Positions 17,390-24,467 of a stretch of 64,000 nt of DNA are shown piece by piece. Made by a program: the position numbers and the translations under genes. Source of the DNA: Patescibacteria group bacterium (lineage in GTDB: Bacteria > Patescibacteriota > Gracilibacteria > UBA4473); assembly GCA_965660445.1 (NCBI GenBank), contig CBFIAK010000001.1, forward strand, positions 42,121 to 106,120. The letters are read 5' to 3'. How positions within the stretch are numbered: the first letter of the stretch is position 1; the number at the start of each line of letters is the position of its first letter. The notes below the pieces were generated by a model. The model worked only from the letters and a program-made list of their open reading frames with translations. It made no database searches and was not told the origin of the DNA.

Positions 17390-20092
17390 TTAAAGATTAT
17401 TTTTTGCCTTAATTAGCGCGATATCTTTATTATTATTTCTTGTTTTCAAAGAATCTAGGATCTTTTGACCTGCCTCTGGAGTCCAATATATTTTTAGGTT
17501 TTCTCTAGCTCGTGTAATAGCTGTATAAAAAATATTATGAGTAATCAACTCTTCTGTTTCGGCCGTGATTACAATCTTAACCGAATTATATTCCAACCCT
17601 TGTGCTTTATGGATTGAAACTGCATAAGCTACCTGAAAAGGAATTATTGTGTCCAAAGAGTCATCATCTTCATCAGTACTTTTATACTTGTTAACAACAA
17701 AACGAATCACAGAGGTGTCATCAGATTCACTATCAAGAAGTTCAAGATCATACCTAGACGCTTCAAATCCATTGATAACTTTTCCAATTTCAATATCAAA
17801 TTGTATTTGATCTTCAGAGCTATTTATATCGATGATTCTACCTTTTAAGTTATTATAAATTAAAGGCGAAAATCGTTCTGCCTCGTTAAACAAAATAGGA
17901 TCATTGACCTTATAGGTTTGGATTCCCCATCTCACTGTTTTGTTTTTGTTATTATTTTGTAAAAACCTATTAATATTATTTATTCCATAAAGCCCATCAT
18001 AATTTAAACAAAGAATAATTTCATCGTTTTGTGTATAATCAAAAATTGACTCATCAAGCCTTGCTGAATATTGGTTTCTTGTTATATGCTCAACAATATC
18101 ATCATCAATATTTCGAACTTTATCCCAAAGATCAAGTAAGTTTTTATTTGTTGTTCGGTAAGGCTTCGTTAGTTCAAAAACTGAATGATCTCGTATAAAT
18201 GGTCTAATTACACTAAACCAATTTCCGAATAGAATTGATTCAATTTGGAATATGTCACCAACTAAAACTATAGATAAAAAAGAAACTTTCTCTAATATTT
18301 TTTGCATATCAGTATTACTAACAGTACTGCATTCATCAATAAAGAGTAGATCGAACTCACTATCTTGATTACTTCGAGACAAGAACTTGGATATAGTTTG
18401 AAATTTGCAATTAGAGGCTTGAACTTTTCTTCTCAAATTATCTACAGCAGGGTTTGTGTTTGCTAGATAAAGTTTTCGTTCATCATTAAAAAAATGTGAT
18501 ATGTGATTTATCAGAGTTGATTTGCCAGTTCCTGCCGCACCATAAATTAGAGCTACTTTGGAGCTTTCAAACATTTGTTCAATAAACGATTTTTTTTGAT
18601 CGCAATCAATATCGTAATCAGAAAAATTCAACCAAGCACTAACCGATTTCGAATAGTCTTTAAAGCCTGTTAATGAAAGATCCTTTAATTCATTAATAAT
18701 ATATAATACATCTTTTTCATACCCCCTCATATAAATATGATTCTTATAGCTATCAAGTTTTCGATTTCCGTGAGTAAAATAAAGTGAATTATTATAAGTT
18801 TGAATAAGATCATCAACATTCTCAAAATGATCTAACTCTTCTTGTGGAGTGTATAAATATCCATTAACTTCTGTGTTATTTTTCACAAATCTTGCGAGTA
18901 TTTCGTGCTCTCTACCAGTTGAATCAATGCAATCAAACAAATCTGAAATTTTAGGATTATGGTTTTTTAGAGACGTATTAAATGGCATTTCATCAAAAGG
19001 AATACAACCATATTCAAGTTTTAAATCTGATAACTTTATACAAGATGTTCCTGTATACTGCTTTTTTATAATCTGGTTATTTAACCGATAGAGCAAATAA
19101 GCAATAATATTATGACCTGCTTTTTTATTTTTAATTAAACCTCGACATTCGTCTAAAATACTCAAAAAATGTATAGTTTTAACTCTTGTTTTTAATGCAT
19201 CCTGAAAATCTTTATAATTATCATCAGGAAGATTCATAATTTCAGGAACACTAAGACCAGACCTCTTAAGAAGAGACATTAGTTCTCGTGATTCTGGAGA
19301 GTTTCCTCTCATTTTAAGTTCACTTCCAAATATTTTGGCAAAATTATTGAGCTCACATGGCCTAATTGAGATCTCCCAATCATCAATAATTTGAATCGGC
19401 ATCTGTTTATTCAAAACACTTATATAATCATTACTAATTGAAAGTTTAACGGCATAATTTTTGGAAACATCAAATCGTGTAAATGCAATAATTCTATCAA
19501 ATTTACTTATGTTATTACTTGCTCGAGTAAAAGTTACCTCATAATAAACTTCATATTGAACAAAAAAGGGTTTTATCTTTTGAATATAGTATCTGTCACC
19601 TGTGGATGATTTAGATCTTCTTGATGCTGGCTGTTTAATTTTGTCAACGATCTTTTCATAATACTCACTAAGTGCTGGATCTGTATTTATGGGGAAATCA
19701 CGAATATTACTAAGAACATCAAGTCCATACTGTCTTTTGAGAAAAGATCTTATTTTCAATAGGTATTCATAGTACTTCAAAATTAATCTTTCAGAGTTTT
19801 CTTCATCAAGGGTGTAATGAGAAGCTGAGATTTTTAACAAGCTATGAAATTTTTTTAAGAACTTCAACTTTCCCATTCGGCCTACAAAAGCATTAGCTTC
19901 CTCAATATTTTCGTAATTAATTTTTATATCATCCCCATTACTGAAAATCTTCAATGAGATATGTTCAACAAAATTCCTAAGCTGGGAAAGCATATTTTGA
20001 GAGAGAATACCCCTTTCTGTAACGTCAAATTTATCAATATTAGCACAAAGAAGTTTATCGATATCTAAGATGGCTTTATCTATTTTTTGCAT
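17390..20092 (-). CDS. 900-aa SF1B (RecD/Pif1/Dda-like) helicase with about 510-aa uncharacterised N-terminal region carrying a HEPN-like Rx4H motif
   Basis: C-terminal half has Walker A GAAGTGKST, Walker B LLFIDECS, VGDIFQ, SIHKAQGLEY and YTAITRAREN. The N-terminus has LRNFVEH (R39-H44). The gene looks more AT-rich than its neighbours by eye. Confidence 0.8.
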   Translation of the reverse strand: MQKIDKAILDIDKLLCANIDKFDVTERGILSQNMLSQLRNFVEHISLKIFSNGDDIKINYENIEEANAFVGRMGKLKFLKKFHSLLKISASHYTLDEENSERLILKYYEYLLKIRSFLKRQYGLDVLSNIRDFPINTDPALSEYYEKIVDKIKQPASRRSKSSTGDRYYIQKIKPFFVQYEVYYEVTFTRASNNISKFDRIIAFTRFDVSKNYAVKLSISNDYISVLNKQMPIQIIDDWEISIRPCELNNFAKIFGSELKMRGNSPESRELMSLLKRSGLSVPEIMNLPDDNYKDFQDALKTRVKTIHFLSILDECRGLIKNKKAGHNIIAYLLYRLNNQIIKKQYTGTSCIKLSDLKLEYGCIPFDEMPFNTSLKNHNPKISDLFDCIDSTGREHEILARFVKNNTEVNGYLYTPQEELDHFENVDDLIQTYNNSLYFTHGNRKLDSYKNHIYMRGYEKDVLYIINELKDLSLTGFKDYSKSVSAWLNFSDYDIDCDQKKSFIEQMFESSKVALIYGAAGTGKSTLINHISHFFNDERKLYLANTNPAVDNLRRKVQASNCKFQTISKFLSRSNQDSEFDLLFIDECSTVSNTDMQKILEKVSFLSIVLVGDIFQIESILFGNWFSVIRPFIRDHSVFELTKPYRTTNKNLLDLWDKVRNIDDDIVEHITRNQYSARLDESIFDYTQNDEIILCLNYDGLYGINNINRFLQNNNKNKTVRWGIQTYKVNDPILFNEAERFSPLIYNNLKGRIIDINSSEDQIQFDIEIGKVINGFEASRYDLELLDSESDDTSVIRFVVNKYKSTDEDDDSLDTIIPFQVAYAVSIHKAQGLEYNSVKIVITAETEELITHNIFYTAITRARENLKIYWTPEAGQKILDSLKTRNNNKDIALIKAKNNL

Positions 20093-20210
20093 TCAAAAAT
20101 AATTGAAGAAAATAATACTCTTATACTACTTTTTTGAAAAATATTGAATAGGATTCTTTATCCAAAAAAGGCAAAAGGGTCAATAAACTGTAACATTATA
20201 GTCTTTAATT

Positions 20211-20467
20211 CCACTGCCCTTACTGATCTCTCCACCATAGTGACCAACCTTCCAACCCTTTCGACGACTCTAAGGGTTTAAACAGGTCTTAACAAGCAAA
20301 AATCATAATGTACCACTCCCTAGGAAGTAGATCACTATGACGTATTAGTGAATTGTATGGCGGGCAGGAACGGTCTCATGTCTTATCTGTCATTATCATT
20401 AGCCTTTTTTGTATATCTTTTTATCAAAATGAGACAAATGAGACACTATAAAAAAGGGGTGTCTCAA
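20211..20467. repeat. attP-like junction between the two elements (P-type arm + TGGCGG core + P'-type arm)
   Basis: 20211-20357 aligns co-linearly with 24134-24282 through the blocks ACTGCCCTTA, CGACGACT.T.AAGG.TTTA and ATTAGTG..TTGT.TGGCGG. 20364-20467 aligns with 17305-17387. Confidence 0.55.
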
Positions 20468-20578
20468 TTTTCATAATGTTACAAATGTTACACCGTAGAA
20501 GGGGCATTAAATAAGGAAAAAAATCCTAGACTTCAAAATCCATTGCGTCATCAATTGAATACAAATTTTATTCAACAA

Positions 20579-21817
20579 ATGAATAAGTTAGTACCAGAAG
20601 TGAAATACTGCATCTATGCGAGGAAGTCGAGTGAATCGGATGAGAAACAAGCCCTATCGATTGGATCACAGATAACCGAAATGCAACGGCTGGCAGAAAA
20701 AGAAGGACTCAAGGTCGTTGAGAGCATCCAAGAGAGCAAATCTGCCAAAGACTCGGGGCAAAGAGCAGGATTTACACAGCTTCTCGCAGGGCTTGAGGAA
20801 GAGCGGTTCAATGCCATTCTCACATGGGCACCAGATCGGCTGAGTAGAAATGCGGGAGACCTTGGGAAACTGGTAGATCTAATGGATCAGAAGGTGCTTG
20901 TGAAGATTCAGACAAGCGGACAGGCATTCACAAACACTCCTGATGAAAAATTCCTGCTCATGATCCTGTGTTCTCAAGCCAAGTTAGAAAACGATAACAG
21001 GTCAAAGAATGTGAAACGAGGACAACGAACACGGTGCGAAATGGGAACTAGTCCTGGACCCGTGCCACTTGGATATAAACTCATCCGAGGACAAAAATAC
21101 GGAGAAGCGAGTAAGATTTTAATCGATACGGAACAAGCCCCATTCGTTAAAAAAGCATTCGAATATATCGCTTATGAGAACTTAAGTGGACGACAGGTAA
21201 AAGAATATCTGGAAGATGAAGGATTCCGTAATAAACAAGGGAAAGTCATTGGATATAGTCGAATTTTCAAAATCATTAAAGAACCGTTTTACTACGGTGA
21301 GTTTGATTATGGAGGAATCCGATACAAAGGAACTCATAAACCGATAATCACAAAAGAACTCTTTGATGCTGTTCAAGACAAACTGCAAAAATATGCGGTT
21401 CGAGAAAAATGGGGACGAAAAGATTTTTACTTCAATCGGATTCTGAAATGTGCTGAGTGTGGATCAGGTGTCAGTGGAACAGAACACACAAACAGACATG
21501 GAACCAAATACATCTACTACAAATGCAACAAATATGGCGGAACAAAAAAATGTAGTTGCAAATACATTCGAGAAGAAAAACTTTTTGAAGAAGTGGCAAA
21601 AATCATTGTCGACGTAAAAGAAGAACATCTTCGAATGAATCGACGAATCAAAGAAGACTTAATAATGATAAATCGGCATCACAGAGAAAAACCAATAACA
21701 ATCCAAGAGCATTTAATCTCCATACTCAAGGATGGAACGAAAAAAGAGAAATCTGATATTTTGAGGAGTTTTAAAGAGAAATTATTATTGAAAGATGGGA
21801 AAATAGTATTGTTTTAA
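20579..21817 (+). CDS. Large serine recombinase (resolvase/invertase catalytic domain + recombinase domain + zinc ribbon)
   Basis: N-terminal YARKSS catalytic-serine context, a central recombinase domain, and a Cys cluster CAECGSG..YYKCNKYGGTKKCSC. The track start at 20543 is TTG; ATG 20579 is preferred. Confidence 0.85.
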   Translation: MNKLVPEVKYCIYARKSSESDEKQALSIGSQITEMQRLAEKEGLKVVESIQESKSAKDSGQRAGFTQLLAGLEEERFNAILTWAPDRLSRNAGDLGKLVDLMDQKVLVKIQTSGQAFTNTPDEKFLLMILCSQAKLENDNRSKNVKRGQRTRCEMGTSPGPVPLGYKLIRGQKYGEASKILIDTEQAPFVKKAFEYIAYENLSGRQVKEYLEDEGFRNKQGKVIGYSRIFKIIKEPFYYGEFDYGGIRYKGTHKPIITKELFDAVQDKLQKYAVREKWGRKDFYFNRILKCAECGSGVSGTEHTNRHGTKYIYYKCNKYGGTKKCSCKYIREEKLFEEVAKIIVDVKEEHLRMNRRIKEDLIMINRHHREKPITIQEHLISILKDGTKKEKSDILRSFKEKLLLKDGKIVLF

Positions 21818-21900
21818 CGTCAGGAATATACGAAGTTTTGCGACTGAAAGGAGTAAAATTTGGGTGAAGCCTGCAAGGATTTTCTCTTTAAGCCTTGTTA
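21815..21900. repeat. Cassette-associated repeat R2 (attC-like, degenerate)
   Basis: Shares the blocks TAAC.TCAGGA, AAGTT, TTTGGG, CCTGCAAGGA, TTTCT and CCTTGTTA with R1 at 22531-22606. It lies immediately 3' of the 2H phosphoesterase gene in the minus direction. Confidence 0.5.
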
Positions 21901-21971
21901 TGTGGTTTTTCTGCAAGAAAAACTGCTGGAGAAAATCTTTGATTTTCGTAAGCACAGTATGACGGAGGACA

Positions 21972-22469
21972 CTATCTACTAGAATAAAAATCCTGTATTT
22001 CTTTCCAACTTCCATCAATCTTTTTTGCTAAAGAGTATCTTGAGATTCTATCTTTTCGACTAATTAATTCTTTTGAAGTTCTATCAAATTGTGAAGATGA
22101 TTTTGAAATTGTTAAATGTGGATTATAATTATCTTCAAAATATTGTTTTGCGATTACATCAAATTCTGAATCAGCATAATTTCTTACAACAGAAACAATT
22201 CCTTTATGCAATTGCAAAAGCTCATCAGAACGAGATAATTTTAACACTAAAGAATCTTTATCAAAATCATCGAAACCTAAAGTTTCAAATTCAAAAGGAT
22301 TAAAACTAATTTGAGAAAAATCAGTAACCAATTTATTTTCATGTTTAGGTTTCATATAGAAAAAACAAAGTGTAGAATGTAAACCAGAACTTGGTAGAAC
22401 TAAATTATTTTGTCTCGAAATTAAATTGGACAATTCTTCGTTTGGTCGAAAATAAGCAAGATACTTCAT
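21972..22469 (-). CDS. 2H phosphoesterase superfamily protein (LigT/cyclic phosphodiesterase-like)
   Basis: 165 aa with two HxT/S motifs in the expected hydrophobic context (GLHSTLCFF and NPHLTISK). Confidence 0.7.
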   Translation of the reverse strand: MKYLAYFRPNEELSNLISRQNNLVLPSSGLHSTLCFFYMKPKHENKLVTDFSQISFNPFEFETLGFDDFDKDSLVLKLSRSDELLQLHKGIVSVVRNYADSEFDVIAKQYFEDNYNPHLTISKSSSQFDRTSKELISRKDRISRYSLAKKIDGSWKEIQDFYSSR

Positions 22470-22530
22470 AAATTAAGGAAAGAAATACAGTAATATAAAT
22501 ATTTGGATAGTGTTCGAGTAATATTGCACA

Positions 22531-22606
22531 TAACATCAGGATTTAACAAAGTTCGCGGAGCGAATTTGGGAAATTCCTGCAAGGAATTTCTGTTAAATCC
22601 TTGTTA
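22531..22606. repeat. Cassette-associated repeat R1 (attC-like)
   Basis: Perfect 10-bp inverted repeat GGATTTAACA (22539-22548) / TGTTAAATCC (22591-22600), enclosing hairpins TTCGC-GGA-GCGAA and GAAATTCCT-GCA-AGGAATTTC. It lies 3' of the isochorismatase-family gene in the minus direction. Confidence 0.55.
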
Positions 22607-22670
22607 AATGAGGGTGAGCGAAGCGAAAGGCTGCAAGCCGTCCCCGACTGACTGCAAGGAAGGAGAGTTT

Positions 22671-23189
22671 CTACAAACAAACGTCATCAGTCAAGAGAAT
22701 TTGCTTTTTACCAAGAATATGTTTTAAACTATCAATTGCCGAATCATGATTATTTTTCCCATGTAAAGAATTACAAGCATCTTCAATTACAAAAGTTTCA
22801 ATATTATTATCAAATAAATCCATCGCAGTTTTGATAATACAAACATCCGTGTAAATCCCAGTAAGATAAATTTTTGTAATTTTATTAGTTTTAATGAATT
22901 CTTTTAATTCATTATTTAATACAGTATAAGTATTATGCTGAATGTTTATATTGTCTGATGTTTGTAATTCGGAAAATAGTTTTTGATCTTCTTTATTTTG
23001 AAATTTAGTCCAACTTAATTGTTTTTCAAATAAAGATTTTCCATCATTAACAAATGTTGGAAAAACTATTTTTCCATTAAATGATTCTTTCAATTTTAAA
23101 AGATTCGGCAATATATTCTCAGATTCTTGGTATCTAAAACCTTCTTGCATATCAATTATTAAAAGCAAATTCTCCATAATATAAAACAT
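22671..23189 (-). CDS. Isochorismatase/nicotinamidase-family cysteine hydrolase
   Basis: 172 aa with LLIIDMQEGF (catalytic Asp context) and LTGIYTDVCII (catalytic Cys context). An alternative ATG lies at 23177. Confidence 0.7.
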   Translation of the reverse strand: MFYIMENLLLIIDMQEGFRYQESENILPNLLKLKESFNGKIVFPTFVNDGKSLFEKQLSWTKFQNKEDQKLFSELQTSDNINIQHNTYTVLNNELKEFIKTNKITKIYLTGIYTDVCIIKTAMDLFDNNIETFVIEDACNSLHGKNNHDSAIDSLKHILGKKQILLTDDVCL

Positions 23190-23311
23190 AAATTACTTTG
23201 TATATAAAAGTTTGTTTGTAGAAATTTCATTTAACTCGTTTTTATCCAACCTTTGTATTTCAAATATAGCAATTTCTTGTATGTTATGCAAACTTTTATT
23301 ATTCTTTGGAT

Positions 23312-24124
23312 ATGGAAAATATTTTGGACAAAACCGAACGAGTTTGGAAATTGAGAAACTACTCCCCAAAAACTCGCAAAGCATATCTGTTCTACATAAG
23401 AGAGTATATCAGTTTTTCTAAAGGAAAAGGAATTAAAGATAAACAAAAAGCGATTGAAGATTTTTTGCTTGATAAATACAATCGTAAACAATCTCCGCAA
23501 ACAGTTAATCTGGCACTCAATGCGGTAAAATTTCTGTACGCGGAAGTTTTGAAAGATCCACAAAAGATTGACTTGAAGTTTGCGAAGAGAGACAAGAAAT
23601 TACCCATTGTTTTGTCTCATGCAGAAATTAAAGAAATTATCCAGGCGACTGAAAATGCAAAATACAAACTCATGATTTCGCTTGGCTATGCTTGCGGTCT
23701 GCGTGTGAGTGAAGTTATAAATCTACGTGTTGCAGATTTGGATATTGATGAACTCGTCGTACATATCAAAGGAGCAAAGGGGAAAAAAGACAGAATCAGT
23801 GTTTTGCCAGAAAAATTACAAAATGATTTGCGAAATATCATTGCAGGCAAAAGTAATAATGATTTTATCTTTGCCTCTAATCGAGGAGGAAAACTCACAA
23901 CAACGTCTTTACAAAAAATGTTCCGCAAAAGTTTAGCCAATACGAACATAAGAAAACCCGCTACCTTTCACTCATTGCGTCATTCATTCGCCACGCATTT
24001 ACTCGAAAATGGAACCGATGTGAGATATGTGCAAGAACTGCTTGGGCATTCCAACATCCGCACCACACAAGTGTATACGCAAGTAACAAATCCAAAGTTA
24101 AAGAACATAAAAAGCCCTTTATAA
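23312..24124 (+). CDS. Tyrosine recombinase, XerC/D-IntI-like
   Basis: 270 aa with an N-terminal SAM-like YSPKTRKAYLFYIREYISF, then GLRVSE, HSLRHSFATHLL and LLGHSNIRTTQVYT. It lacks the roughly 35-aa insertion typical of integron integrases. The track start at 23306 is TTG. Confidence 0.85.
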   Translation: MENILDKTERVWKLRNYSPKTRKAYLFYIREYISFSKGKGIKDKQKAIEDFLLDKYNRKQSPQTVNLALNAVKFLYAEVLKDPQKIDLKFAKRDKKLPIVLSHAEIKEIIQATENAKYKLMISLGYACGLRVSEVINLRVADLDIDELVVHIKGAKGKKDRISVLPEKLQNDLRNIIAGKSNNDFIFASNRGGKLTTTSLQKMFRKSLANTNIRKPATFHSLRHSFATHLLENGTDVRYVQELLGHSNIRTTQVYTQVTNPKLKNIKSPL

Positions 24125-24133
24125 ATATTTTTA

Positions 24134-24288
24134 AAACTGCCCTTATCGCACATACCTCATAGGAAGCAAAAACTCCTACCCATGCGACGACTTTGAAGGC
24201 TTTATCAACGCTAAATACCCCAAATGTCCCAATGCCCCATCCACCATAGTGGAAAGGAACCAGGTGCCATTAGTGCGTTGTCTGGCGG
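24134..24288. repeat. attR-like site: P-type arm plus TGGCGG core (= CCGCCA 3' end of tRNA-Ser)
   Basis: Co-linear similarity to 20211-20363. The core is the last 6 nt of the tRNA gene. Confidence 0.55.
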
Positions 24289-24373
24289 AGAGAGAGGGAT
24301 TCGAACCCTCGGTTCCGGAAAACGGAACACACGCTTTCCAAGCGTGCGCATTCGACCACTCTGCCATCTCTCC
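24283..24373 (-). tRNA. tRNA-Ser (anticodon GGA), class II with long variable arm, CCA encoded
   Basis: Reverse complement GGAGAGA-TG-GCA..TGC-G-CACGC-TTGGAAA-GCGTG-T-GTTCCG-TTTTC-CGGAAC-C-GAGGG-TTCGAAT-CCCTC-TCTCTCC-G-CCA folds as a cloverleaf, 91 nt. Confidence 0.92.
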
Positions 24374-24467
24374 TTTTCATCGCATTGGCGGTATCCTATC
24401 ACAAACGTTCCTTCATTCAAGCAAAAAAAGTTGAAAAAAATCCGAAAAACTCCCACAATCAAAACAC

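Larger units (their letters stand above)
17299..24288. mobile_element. tRNA-Ser-associated genomic island, apparently two tandem integrative elements
   Basis: TGGCGG core at 17299, 20358 and 24283. The right-hand arms at 17305-17387 and 20364-20467 are homologous, and the left-hand arms at 20211-20357 and 24134-24282 are homologous. Two recombinase genes lie inside, and all other cargo is non-housekeeping. Confidence 0.6.
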
